A stretch of 64,000 nt of DNA, from positions 35,092,001 to 35,156,000 of the forward strand of contig NC_045138.2 of assembly GCF_008831285.2 (NCBI RefSeq). The letters run 5' to 3'. Shown here piece after piece: positions 13,670 through 26,700 of the stretch. The notes under the pieces were generated by a model that worked only from the letters and a program-made list of their open reading frames with translations, ran no database searches and was not told the origin of the DNA. Made by a program: the position numbers and the translations under genes. Within the stretch, counting starts at the first letter, position 1. Each line of letters begins with the position of its first letter. The DNA comes from Nymphaea colorata (Eukaryota).

Positions 13670-14722
13670 GTGATGAAAGGTACGGACATGTATGGCCAAT
13701 CTTCTGGCTTTGTAGTTTGTTGAAAGTCAAGTTCTTTTACAATCTCATGGCCAGTTTGCTAGAGGTTTTCTTAATTTGGGTAACATGTGTGCCTTTTCTT
13801 ATTCGGCACGGCAAAGTGCACTTGCTTACGTGATCAAAATCTATTGGAGTCTATGGGGTTAATATCTAGGATTGGTCGGACGATGAAGTGATGTATAATG
13901 AGCTTTTGCTTGGGGGCACAGGTATGACATAGCGTTGAACATCGCCTTGGGAGTGATGGCATTTGGCACCGATGCCACAAACAGCAGATGTTCCTCCATG
14001 TCTCCACAGGTTCCATTGTTTCCTTTCTCTCTGTAAATTCGGCCTGCCCAACGAATGGTTCATCTACCAAACTAAGACAAAACGAGTTATATTTAACACT
14101 TTGTCTTTGAGAAGGATCAAAGTTCCCATAATCCATCATTAAATACTGAGAGGAGGACTCCTGATGTCTGCCAATGATAACTGATTAATGAGTGCTGTTT
14201 ACTCCTCAGGAAAGCATAAATGGCTAGTTGAATTTCTACACTGCAAATGTCTCCAAAAATGTCAATGTTTGACTTGCCATAATTTCAGCATATGTTTGTG
14301 GATGTGGATCCAACACAGGCTTGATTCTGGAGAAACCGATCCAGATAGGGGAAGCACGAAAGGAAGAGTCTGATCTTGACTTAGAAAGGAGTTGCAGTGC
14401 AGCTAGTGGAGAAAAAACCAGAGGAACTCCGAGCTGGAGGAGTTGAGAAGGCGGAAAAAACAGCAGCTATGAACGAATGCATCTTTCAATGGTCGAAATT
14501 ATATAGAGCCGACACTGATCCTTAGAGAACGTCTCTGTGAACTGACACCCTCATTTTGTCTTCATTCAGGGAAAGATCTTTTGGGTGGCCTAATTCATAC
14601 GAAACGCATGGGAGAAATGTTGATCGGAGAGTTCATGAAAGACTTGTGACTGGTGATTATCCGTCCAACCATAATCCAAGCCATTGTGCGAGATCCTTTC
14701 CTTGCTGGATTGAAGGTTTCAG
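13670..14722 (+). pseudogene. Fatty acyl-CoA reductase (FAR/MS2 family) fragment
   Basis: Exon remnants in FAR order: ..DER|gt (~13679); ~13922-14009 RYDIALNIALG..RCHKQQMFLHVST; ~14289-14490 AYVCG..GLILEKPIQIGE..LVEKKPEELRAGG; 14570-14722 FGWPNSY..KRMGEMLIGEF..LVIIRPTII..PFPCWIEGFR. Frameshifts and a stop are present. Confidence 0.85.
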
Positions 14723-14984
14723 GTTTCATTTTCTATGTTCCAGGAAAAATTTCAATTGGAAACAACGCAAGTTTAACAATAACTTGGCATGCTCAACTCG
14801 CCACCAACATCTGCATGCACCAGCGGAGAAACATCATAAGCATTTGATGCTAGCTGGTAGTTGATCTTGTGCATTTGATGCCTTCAGTTTTTAGCAGCAA
14901 TAGTTCAATCATCATAAGCATTCTCAAGTTGAGTTGAACATTTTCCCTTCTTGCTTATTTGCTTACAGGTTATTGTCCTTCAGA

Positions 14985-16303
14985 AAATTTCGCCTGTTTA
15001 TGATGGTTGCCTTTTGTTTGTTCTTTAAATCAGATTTTGTTTGTATCATATGTTTGTACCATATTTTGATCACTTAATGCTCCCCAAGTTGATTTTAGAT
15101 ACCAGTCGAACCCAAATAATCTGTAGAAGAGCTTACTCTTTCTGCCGATAAATCTAAAATTTCGCCTCTTGATGATGGTTGCCTTTTGTTTGTTCTTTAA
15201 ATCAGATTTTGTTTGTATCATATGTTTGTACCATATTTTGATCACTTAAAGGCTTCCCAACCTCATAGCTCCTAGCTCGTTGGGATCCGAAGGTTGATTT
15301 TAGATAACCCAAATAATCTGTAGAAGAGCCTACTCTTTCTGCCGATAAAGTTAAAATTTCACCTCTTTACGATGGTTGCTTTTTGTTCGTTCCTTAAATC
15401 AGATTTTGTTTGTATCATATGTTTGTACCATATTTTGATCACTTAAGGCGTCCCAACTCCCAACCTCATGGCTCTTAGCCCGTTGGGATCCTGTCAGCCT
15501 ACTCTTTGTGCAGATAAAGCTAAAATTAGGATGGTTGCCTTTTGTTTGTTCCTTAAATCAGATTTTGTTTGTATCATTTGTTGTACCATATTTTGATCAC
15601 TTAAAGGCTTCCCAACCTCATAGCTCCTAGCCCATTGGGATCCGAAGGTTGATTTTAGATACCGGTCGAACCCAGATAATCTGCAGAAGAGCCTCCTCTT
15701 TGTGCGGATAAAGCTAAAATTTTGCCTCTTTATGATGGTTGCCCTTTGTTTGTTCTTTAAATGAGATTTTGTTTGTATCATATGTTTGTACCATATTTTG
15801 ATGCGTCCCAACCTCATAGCTCCTAGCTCGTTGGGATGAGAAGGTTGATTTTAGATACCGGTCGAACCCAAATAATCTGCAGAAGAGCCTCATCTTTCCT
15901 CTTTATGCCAATAAAGCTAAAATTTCGCCTGTTTATGATTGCCTTTTGTTTGTTCTTAGATTTTGTTTGTATGATATGTTTGTACCATATTTTGATCACT
16001 TAACGCGTCCCAACTTCATAGCTCCTTCCCAACTTCATAGCTCCTAGCTCGTTGGGATCCGAAGGTTGATTTTAGATACCCGAAAATTACCGGCCGAACC
16101 CAAATAATCTGCAAAAGAGCCTCCTCTTTGTGCCGGTAAAGCTGATGGTTGCCTTTTGTTTGTTCTTTAAATCAGATTTTGTTTGTATTGTAGCATATTT
16201 TGATCACTTACCTCACAGCTCCTAGTTGGGATCCAAAGGTTGATTTTTAGATACCATCGAACTCAAACAATCTGCAGAAGAGCCTACTTTTGTGCGGAAA
16301 AGC
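14985..16303. repeat. Tandem array of about 7 imperfect ~160-210-bp units
   Basis: Core gatggttgccttttgtttgttctttaaatcagattttgtttgtatcatatgtttgtaccatattttgatcactta recurs at ~15002, 15174, 15371, 15530, 15735, 15936 and 16144. Confidence 0.92.
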
Positions 16304-16648
16304 TATCTTCACCAACAGCCCAATGGGTGGTTTCAATAGGAATGAGATTGCATCAGAATGGGCAAAAGGAATGTGACTTATTTGTTGCCACAGTTTCATT
16401 CTTCTTTCAATCGTTTAGCTCTTTTTTTTTGTGGGGGTCTTGCCATTTGTGATCTTTCCTCCTCTTTTCTTTTGGTTGGTCGATCAAAGGTGGACAGCTG
16501 CTGAAAACAGAAATATTAACACAACAAGATCGAAAAAGGAATCAAAAGCTTCAGAACGTCTTCCTGAATCACATCGCCTAAGCTAGTTTTTTTTTTTTTA
16601 AAAAAATAAAAATTGAAAACATTCACTTCCCCAGTCGGCCGGCAACAC

Positions 16649-16916
16649 CTAGATTGTTGGCTCTAAACCTGATGGCAGTCCTTCCAGCTGTAGGAATAGC
16701 GATTGTGTTGCGCTGGGGAGGATCAACCAAGTTGAAGTTGGCCGGGTTTTTCTTTGGATCGAAGTTTTCGACTCTACTTCCAACGACATAGTAATTGTAG
16801 CTAGGGAGGTGGAAAGGGTGGCACTTGACGCCCAGGAGATTGGTGTCCTGGAGCACCAACTGGACGGTGGAGTTGAAGGGGATCCAGCTCAATCTGGTAT
16901 CCACCTTGGTACCAAG
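16649..16916 (-). pseudogene. Laccase fragment (C-terminal copper-domain exon)
   Basis: Reads LGTKVDTRLSWIPFNSTVQLVLQDTNLLGVKCHPFHLPSYNYYVVG..NFDPKKNPANFNLVDPPQRNTIAIPTAGRTAIRFRANNLG. The HPxHLHG copper motif is mutated to HPFHLPS; no other laccase exons are seen. Confidence 0.9.
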
Positions 16917-18630
16917 ATAGTTGTTTTTTTATATATAATTTCGTTTTCCCCCTTTTTTGTTTCTTTATATAATATATCGTTTGATTTTTTACATATAAAT
17001 TTAAAATAGGTCTTTGCCAAAAAATCATTGAATTCCGCCGATGTTCTCGTCCATTATTCACACGCTCTAGCTTACAAAAATTTTCGGGTAGAAGCTTACT
17101 CTTATAAGATTAATTTCATATTCTTATAGAATTAATTTTCATAGTCGCATTAGAGTTCCGGTAAAGAAAACTATAGCCTGAAATGAGACGATCAAGAGGT
17201 GAAGTCGGTCACATGCAAACCACTGCCGAACTTGGCTTTGAAGAAATAGGGTCGAATATAATTTGATTTAAATTGTTAGGTTACATGAATATCTGGATTT
17301 GGAGGAAAGTTGAAAAGTTTTTCAAGAAAAATAATGGATATGTTGGAACTTGGTCGGGATCCAAGCGTTCATATGACAAGATACCGGATGAGATTAGACC
17401 CTCACAAGTTTGAGAAGCAATCCAAGCACATTGTTTTTCAGGTGCTAGCATATCATTCCCGTTGCAGGTGTGAGTCGGAAGTCCGTTCAAATCTGATTTG
17501 CATCGCCGGTTTGGAACAACAAAAAACAGTTTTGCTTTGGAGATGTAAAAGCCCCAGACGGGGTTTCTGAATACGGCAGGGTGAGGCTCCCGTATCCGCA
17601 GTTAATTCCGGGAGCCAAAGGGCGAAGAACTGAATCGCAGAGGCGCTGCCAAAGGGTGCAACATCAACAAGATGCATCACCAGAGCCACACACGTGAAGT
17701 CGAGAGTAATGGAAAGGAAGAAAAGAAGGGGTCGGTGGACACCGGAAGGAGAAACAAACAGACAAGTAACCCTCATTGTGTGCTTGTTTACTCTCTTTAG
17801 TCCGGTTAGACTTCAAGAACTTCCTTTCATTTAGCCAGTGTAGATGCCAAGTTGCCGACAGTGTAAACGAGACTCCCTACCCATCCCTATTGTAAAACCC
17901 ACCCCCAACCCTGGTGACGACAGTGACGAGCCCCCGGTCCTGACCCTTTCCGGCCTCCCTCTATCTCTCCAAGGAAATTTTACTCCCTTCTTTCCGGACG
18001 CCTGTTCGGCAGCCTCTCTCCCATGACCTTTATAGAGTCACTCTGATGCAAAACGCGTTATTAATGCCATTCCGAAAGGAGATCGAGTTACTGTGCAGCA
18101 CTGAGTTATGGAAACACAAAACAACAAAAGAAACAACTTTCCATATAGAATAGCGGAAAAACAAGAAGTACGGTTTTATACTCGTTTTAAGTTGGGAAAA
18201 GTCGATGGACATAATGCAAAAAAACTGAATATCTAAAACGCGTTCGTCTCAGCGCGACTGGCAAATCGGCACAAAAGGGAGACGAATGGAAGTTGGGAGA
18301 AAAAAGAAGGAAAGGGAGAAGTCTTCACAAGGAAAATGATTTCCAGATTATTAGAGCAGGAAAAAGAAAAAGAAAAAGAAAACAACCGTCTGCTCTTTTT
18401 TGGGTCCGATAACGAACAGAAAATCGTCCACCCTCTGCGCTTCCTTGTAGCGCCTTCCATTTCGCCCCTCTTCCCAACTCCTCTTGCTCTTTGTTCTGTA
18501 TGCACACCATGAAGTGATAGCCCAGGAAACCCTTCCCGCATTCTACTCTTCATTCACCCGTTCCCAAGACAGGTATCAGGAACAAAAGCGCAGGGAATCA
18601 CTAGGCGCCCCGTGGTTTCGTCACTACGTC

Positions 18631-20207
18631 TTACGTTGCTCCAACACCAAGGAAATCAATGAAGGGGAGATTTATCGTCTCGCTATCCTGGTTCGTCTCC
18701 CCTGCGTACTGCCAACTCGCTCTCCCCTTCGCCATTATCTCTGCCTCCGAGATCTCGCTTTTAGAATTCGACACTACCACCATCGCCGAAGTAGGTGAAT
18801 GATCATCATCGAACCCCACACTGGAATCATCGAAAGTTCTTCCATAGACTGCTCCTGCTTTATCATTACAGCCTGCAAAACCCAAAAACGCACAAAGAAT
18901 AAGGAAAACTTGCGTGGGGAAACAAAAGAACGAGACAAATCATAATGCAGGGAAATGTAGAGGTGGAGGACGGAACTAAGGAAAAGAACGAACCTGAGAG
19001 ATATTCAAAGTATTGATTCAGCTGGTTCTGAACCAGGTGGGGTATAACCCCTAATGTAGGTTGGAAGCCATGAACGGGTTCCAACCTGGCAGATGAGGAA
19101 ATGAGGGACAGGGGTGTGCAAGATGATGATGAGTCGTCCCTTGTGGACTTGCTACATGCATTAATATTTGACTCCATTTTCGCAGGATGAGGGTTGTATC
19201 CTGTTTTCCTCCTCCTGTAAGCACTGGATTGTTCCCTGTTTTTTCTTGCCATGATTACATGCCAGTGATTCTTCACTGCATTATCTGTCCTGCCAGGGAA
19301 AAGACGCGCAATCATTGCCCACTTGTTACCATATAATCTATGAGCGGCCAGGAGCCTCTCCTCCTCTTCCTCACTGAATGCCCTTCTATTTATCCTTGGA
19401 TCCAGCTGATTGAACCATCTCAGTCTGCAACTCTTACCTTTTTATCGAAAAGAACAAATGATGACGAAAAAATAAACCAACAATATTAATCGAGAGAGAG
19501 AGAGAGGTGTAAGAGATGTCCTTCCTATTGTCTGCTTTACAAGGCTCACCTGATCTACCTTCCAGTTTTTCTGCAATCAGGTTCCAGTTTTGAGGGCCAT
19601 ATTGAGCGACAAGCTCTCGGAGTTTGATGTCTTCAGTGGGTTTCCAGTGGCCCCTAGCACATAATTTAGACTGGAGACTGTCTGACTCTTTGACGAAGAA
19701 ATTTTCGGCCACATCCTCGCAGGCTGAGCACCTGCCTCCGTCGCCCTTACTCTGATTTACCTCATTGTATTCTTCACTACCAGCCCTCTCACGGGCATTC
19801 AAGAGAGAGCAGCTTTTCTGTTTACAGATGCCTTCGGAGGACGTGCGATCACCAACCTCCACAGATTCCAAGCTCCAGACTTTCCTCCCTGGTGGGCTCA
19901 ACACCTGAAAGGCTATCTCACTCTTGCACTGGCTCTCTCCTGACGAGGAACCTGATACCGCAAACCCATGAGCTGCAGCAGCAGGAAGGGGACCCGGGTT
20001 TAGTGATAGGGAGGAGAACGCAGGGTGGGCATCCACGATACCACCGTCGTGAGAACTGCTCACCTTGGAGGGAGAGGAGCTGGAATATAGATCATAAGAA
20101 ATGCATCTAGGATGAAGAATGCAGAGTCCCGCAGTGTAGGTTCTGAGCCCCCTCTCGCCGTCCTCTTCTCGACATACGACCCTAGGCACTAATGGCTTCA
20201 GACTCAT
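18631..20207 (-). CDS. MYB117: R2R3-MYB transcription factor, subgroup 21 (MYB105/MYB117/LOF, CSA-like); exons 20207-19550, 19437-18994, 18872-18631; ~447 aa
   Basis: R2 [51 protein letters not shown]3 ..[28 protein letters not shown]-terminal PFIDFLGVG motif. Exon lengths 658+444+242=1344 keep the frame with GT-AG introns. The symbol is clade-level, not proven orthology. Confidence 0.92.
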
Positions 20208-21509
20208 CCTAGCTTAAATAGAGGTGAGCAGCACTCTTCTCTTTTTTGTTTATCTTTCTTCTTTACGGGGAAGAAAGGTGAACGAAAGAAAGCAGGCGAT
20301 GGAATGAAACTGAAAGCATAAAAGAAGGAAGGTTATGAGAGTGGAAGGGGAAATGTTACTTCATCTGGGTATCTAGAGATGGGGGGCGGGGAGGCGACAG
20401 GCAAAAAGGAGGAGAGGGTAAATAGAGATTGCAGAAACCCACACGGTTTGTTTTTGTAAACAGCAACCTCCTTTTGAGTCAGAGTTCCCAAAATTGAGAC
20501 TGATCTCCCTGCTCCCTTCTGCCCTTCTTCTCCCCTTCTTTTCCTTTTCCCTTCGCAGTTTCTCTTCTCTTCCTTTTTTTCTTCTTTTTCTCTTAAACGT
20601 TAACCCATAATAGCTCAAGCTCAGAGCGAGGCGCTCGTGTGGGTGTTGGGTCTCCTTAAATCAGCTTGTCTTCCTCGGCTGTCCCTCTCTTCCTTGACAA
20701 ATCAACCAGACTTTGCTTGTCTGATTCCGCAACCCTGACTCTCTCTCTCTCTCTCTTTCTTAATGTGAATAAATAAATGAAAAGAATTCCGAGTATGTCG
20801 CCGAAAAGAATTTCATTTTGCATACATCGAGATCAAACAAACAAAAGCTCTGATCAACGGAACCCTTTTTCTCTAGCAACCTCCGCCACCGGGAAAACTT
20901 TTTTGTTACCTGATGCCGTTATCCCAAACATTAGTTTATTGTTAATTTATGTTTCATTATGCTATTGATGTTCAGATAAAACTCGAATGTCCTCGACTGA
21001 TGAAATCATTGTTGTGAGCGGCACGGCACCGATTATCTTCTCTAAGCCCCTTCATCCCGTCTTGATCTGCAAAGTTAATTCACTGTTGCTCCCCTTCTAA
21101 ATCAATAGAGCAACCAATCAACTGAACCGCCAAGTAAATTGTTGCACTCATTCTTTTCACTTATTCGTCTCTCACAATTTTTTACTGCTACTTAAATTAA
21201 ATCTTAAAAATGTTGTTGCTTGAGTATGCTTGACATTATTAAAAATTTCGTCTTTAGATTAAACAAAAAGGCAGAGGAGGATTAGTGGCCATAACACTAT
21301 AACTAACTTATAGGACATGTTTCTTATTTTTGTTTTTATTTTCCATAACATAACTGTTTTTTACCGTATAAATTCAGTACCGTAACTTTTATCAAATAAA
21401 AAATAATATTTTTAAATGTTTTTTTATTAAAATTTATCAGTTATATCCATAATATTTTAAAATACAATAAACCTAAAAAATGCAGTTTCACATGCTTTCT
21501 CTTGTAAGA

Positions 21510-22860
21510 AACCGTGGAACATCACAAAGTGGGCATTGAGCGGTGACCTTGACATGCTTCCTAAAATGGTTATTGTCCAACAGATGGATTCGAACCATCT
21601 TCCAAAGTAATATAACAAGGACTTTTAGTTTTTTACAGCTAGCTAGTTGGAGAAGATGACTATGCACATCAAGGTGTTGGGTGGGCTTAGGTTGCGGCTC
21701 GGCGGAAGCTGATTGCTCATTGCTGTTCCAGACGTACGCAGAGGTGACATGTACGAAAAAATTTATTAACCTTTCATGTAAATACATGTTACGGGAACTT
21801 GTGGATCTCAACCATGTGTTATTAGCATGGGGTGTGATTGAATGGGGCTGCTCATCGGAAGCTGTGTCGGTAGACCGGTCAAGAGCAGGGAGCGGGGCAT
21901 GGGCGAGTGAATTAGAGAAGATTTTGGGGTTAAAAAGCGGTGATCGGTCGCCGGGCGTTGTGTGAATTGTACTGCAGCATGTGGGTCAAAGATCGCGGTC
22001 GTGTGGATGTGGACCGGCCAGGCGGAGCGGAAACCAAGAACCAGACAGCAGGGCGACGGTACGGAATGAGAAATTTAATGGGTTTGTGTTGAATCTAGCA
22101 GGAGGGTCGTCGTTCGCTTTGGATGGTTTTTGGTCGTGGCATCAATAAATAAATAAATAGGTGAAGGACTAAGATTAATAAATTGGGTTCACTTCACGGG
22201 CATTATAAGTCGTGTGAAGATTGCCGTGTACGAATTTGATCCGTTTTGCTTTTGCTTGCGTTAGTAACAAGGCAGGTATTTAATATATGGGGGAATGGGA
22301 TTTGCAGTACTTGAGTATATTCGGTTTGGCGGGTAAGGCCACTTAATTTGCGAGTGAGTGATTTAAGGCACGGTTGAAAGCATGAGAACAAAAGTTCTCC
22401 CCCGCGCCTCCTGAAAACGGCAAAAAGCAGTTTCGTTGAAGCGCGACTGCGAAAGGAGGATGGAGAGAGGTAAAGCCCAAGCCTAGCCATGCTAGAAAGG
22501 CTGGCTATAGTCGTCGCGAGTAGGAAGAAATAGTGGAATACGCAAGGCCTGAACGAGTCAAATGGCCGCAGTCTCTGGCCCTCTTTCCCTCCCGACCCAA
22601 AGCAACTATGTTGAGAAAGTAACAAACTTCGCCCTCTCTCCCTCGTTTGCTTCCGCTTGCCAGACATCACAGGAATGAATAGGAAAAAGAGAATCGCACG
22701 ATCACGAGATGCAAGGACGGCTTATGGCTTGTGGGTCACTTCGTCTTTGACCGGGTAGAAGACTCATGAGAACTAGCAGACAGAGGAGGCCGCCATCCTC
22801 CCGACCACTTCAATTGTAGGGGTCCTCCCCTTCCCTTCCAACCTATCAACTCTCAATTGC
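21510..22860 (-). mobile_element. Highly degenerate L1-type LINE ORF2 3' fragment
   Basis: Colinear remnants ELIGWKGR (~22850), LLVLMSL, GKEGQRLR and zf-RVT-like LKVLVILLWKMVRIHLLDNNHFRKHVKVTAQCPLC (~21640-21525). Confidence 0.45.
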
Positions 22861-23497
22861 AAGGCCGGGGAGGAAGGGTGGAAATTGCCCTTCCGCTCCA
22901 TCGTTTTTTTTTCCTTTCCCCTGAGCTTTGGAAGTGGCCTTTTGTCAATAATTCAAATACAAGCTTCTCATTTCCAATTTTTACCACTTCCCTTTTTCTA
23001 ACAACCGGTCAAAAAACTGGCCTCAGGTTAAACAATCCGTTAACATCTATAATTCTCATCAGCGACCTTTTATATTAAAAAAGCGAAAGGACGTTATGAG
23101 TATTCTAGTTATTGACGTTACTTATAGTGGTCGTGTATTCGTTGACAGATATTGGAAACGTGTTAGAGGATAGAGAGCTGGAAAGGTAAGCAGTTTTTTC
23201 TGCTTTTATTGAATAGTTTACATTATTTATTAATTGAATTTTAAATAAAAAGAGAAAATAGCAGATGACAAAAAAAAAAGAGTTTTGGCGTTAACTTTTG
23301 CAAACTGTTTTCAGCTGAAATGACATTCACAAATATGTGTGTTTTTAGTAGTTAAGCCTTACCAAAACACGTTCAGAGGCGAACGTTTCGCCTCTGGAAC
23401 CCAGTTTTGGATGGGTTGCCAAACGCAGCCTTAAGTTTTCAGTTTTTCTCATTAAAGAGCGTGTTGGTCATTTGAATTCCTAACGCCGCATTCTCAA

Positions 23498-23785
23498 TGT
23501 GAAATATTTTTCTCATGAGGATGGGCACGTTGAAGAGGAACAAGAAAAGAATTTTTATCAATGGAAGGTGATAATTTTTTTTATTAAAGATTCAAGATAA
23601 TATATACAATGGGTTTACAACGGTAAGGAGTGAGCTCTCCTTCCTTCACGTTAAAAGTTTTCCAAAGATACATTTGATATTCAAGACAAGTTGAGGTGGA
23701 GAGCCTTGACATGAACGTTGAAGTTGAGGAAGAAGTTGAGATGAAATGCCGTTGGATTTGAACGTTGTAAAACTTGCTTTTAACA
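23498..23785 (-). repeat. 3' LTR of the copia element (288 bp)
   Basis: About 8 substitutions and 1 indel versus 28242-28528 by manual comparison. Confidence 0.95.
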
Positions 23786-26700
23786 CTCCCCCTTCAAACA
23801 GGTGTCTAAAGATTGATGACACCCAGTTTGAATAATAGATGATAAAAACCTTCTTTTCCTAATGCTTTCGTAAATAAGTCTGCCAGCTGGTCTTTGCTTC
23901 GATATAGCATGTGCGTATTGTCCCCCTCGTACAATGTGACAATCTGGTTCAATATGTTTCATACACTCATGAAAAACTGGATTTGCAGCTATATGTAATG
24001 CTGCTTGATTGTCACAGAAAATTGTTACTGGATGTAGTTGACGTACTCCAAACTCGTTCAATAGATATCTCAACCATGTTATTTCGCATACCACATTTGC
24101 CATGAATCTATATTCAGCTTCAGCAGAGGATCGTGATGCTGTTTGTTGTTTCTTTGACTTCCAAGATATGGGAACTGGGCCAAGAAACACACAATAACCA
24201 GTGATAGATCGTCGCGTTTGACGGCAGGTGGCCCAATCTGAACCACAAAAGACAGTTAACTGCAAATTATTCTCTTTACTCATTAGGATGCCTTGGCCTG
24301 GGTTTTTCTTGAGATATCGAATCACTCAAAGTGCCGCTTGTAGGTGAGGTATGCGTGGTTGTTGCATGAACCTGCTTAGGACGTGTACTGCATATTGTAT
24401 ATCTAGGCGTGTAATGCTGAGGTAGATTAATCTCCCAACCAGTCGACGATATTGTGTTGGATCCTTGATGTAGTCTCCATGATCTTCATCCAACCCATGT
24501 TTTTGTTCCATGGGTGTTTCTGCTGGTTTTGCTCCCAAAAAACCTGTTTCATGAATAATATCTAGTGCATATTTTTGTTGTGAGAGATATATACCTTTTA
24601 AAGAACGAACAATTTCAATTCCCAAAAAATACTTAGGTTTGCCTAAGTCTTTCATGTGAAATTTTTGACATAAAAAAGATTTGAAGTTATCAATTGCATC
24701 CTTCACGTTTCCTGCAATTATTAAGTCATCAACGTATACAAGAATGACAAGAAAAATTTTATCATGCTTGAATGTAAAAAGGGAGTGGTCAACTTTAGAT
24801 TGCGTAAAACCATACTCTTTTAGAGCAGTTGAAAGCTTGTGAAACCAATTTCTTGGAGATTGTTTTAAACCGTAAAGGGATTTATGTAATTTACATACCT
24901 GATTCTCCCCTTGTTGAACATACCCTTGAGGTATTTTCATGTAAACTTCCTCATGCAAGTCACCATGTAGAAAGGCATTATTGACGTCCATTTGACACAT
25001 GACCCAATCTTGATTAGCTGCTATAGTGAAAAAGGTACATACCGTGACCATTTTTACAACTGGAGCGAAAGTTTCATTATAGTCCAATCCCTCTTGTTGA
25101 GCATATCCTTTGGCCACCAGCCTCGCCTTGTAACGTTCTATAGACCCATCTGAATTTAGTTTAATCTTATAAACCCATTTGCACCCGATTGGTTTCACCC
25201 CGATTGGAAGTGAAGTAATAGTCCAAGTCTTGTTTTCTTGTAAGCACTAATCTCGCTATCCATGGCGTCTCTCCATTCCTTATGTTGAATGACTTCTTCA
25301 AAGGTTTGTGGCTCAGACTTGAAAACAAGAGATGTGAGAAACGCAAAATGATTACTAGAAAACCGATGAAAAGAAATAAAATTTCTTATAGGATACCTCG
25401 TTCCTTGTTGATAACCTGATTTGGAGATGTCGTTGGTTGAGGGTGAGGTAAGAAGTGAACATTGGAAATCTTTCAACCATACCGTTGGTTTTCTTACACG
25501 AGTAGATCTCCTAGATACTAAAGATGGATTTGAATCTGAATCTGGATCAAATGAAGATGGGTTTGGATCTGAATCTGGATCAAACGAAGATGGGTTTGGT
25601 TCATTTAAAGATGGATCTGGATCTGGATTAGACAATGATAGGTTTGGTTGATTGGTTTCTCGATCAATGTTTTCTAGGTTAAGGGAATTAGAAATGGACG
25701 TGTTATTCCTTATAGCTTGAGTAGGATGGATGTCTAGATCATAAGGAATGGGTAAAGCAATACATTTTTCACCAACTTTTTAATTTTGAAAAGGAAAAAC
25801 ATTTTCATGAAAGATTACATCGCGACTAACAAACACCTTGTGGGTCTCAAGATCATAAAGTTTATAGGCTTTTTGTCCGTCAGGGTACCCAACAAAAATG
25901 CATTTAATCGCTCTAGAATCGAATTTGTGTTTGTGTTGGCATGTATTTGTGGCATAACATAAGGATCCAAAAACTCTAAGATGTTTGATGTTTGTTTTTT
26001 TTTAAATAATATTTCAAAAGGGGATTTTCCGTTTAGTTTTTTTTATGGTAATCGGTTAATTAGATATGTGGCTGTCAAAACACATTCACCCCAAAAATGC
26101 AAAGGTAAGTTGGCTTCAAAACGTAAGGCCCTTGCAACTTCAAGGAGATGGCGGTGTTTACGTTCTACAACGCCATTTTGTGAGGGGTAGCCACACAACT
26201 ATGTTGATGAGTGGTACCTTGTTTTTTTAAAAAATCTTTCATTTCATATGAAAAAAATTCAGTCTCATTGTCCGTTCGCAAAGATTTAATTTGACAATTA
26301 AACTGCGTTTTAATCAAAGCAAAATTTTTTTTGATGAGATGCAATGTTTCATATTTATGTCTCATTAAGAAAATCCAAGTAGCACGAGAGTAATCATCTA
26401 CAATGCTAAGAAAATAATGCGCACCAGAAATAGTGGATTGAGCATACGGGCCCCAAATATCACAATGAATTAAATCAAAATGATGCGTTGTAGATATTTC
26501 ACTCAAACCAAACTTAAGTCGAGTTTGTTTTGCTCGATGGCAAGCATCACAAACATAGTCATCATTCAAGTCAAAGTTTAAATCTAAATAATTGTTCACA
26601 AGCTTTAAGCGAGAATGAGAAACATGACCTAATCTTTTATGCCAAAGTTCATGAATAGAAACGGCAAGACAAGCTTGAACAAATGGTGGTCTTTGTTGAA

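Noticed and set aside
13834..14139. Minus-strand ORF with laccase-like YGNFDP, and a kinase-like WxxRYxIAL reading on +
   Set aside because: Better explained as the FAR exon RYDIAL..FLHVST on the + strand.
14985..16303. CRISPR-like periodic repeat
   Set aside because: Eukaryotic DNA with long contiguous units, no unique spacers and no cas genes.
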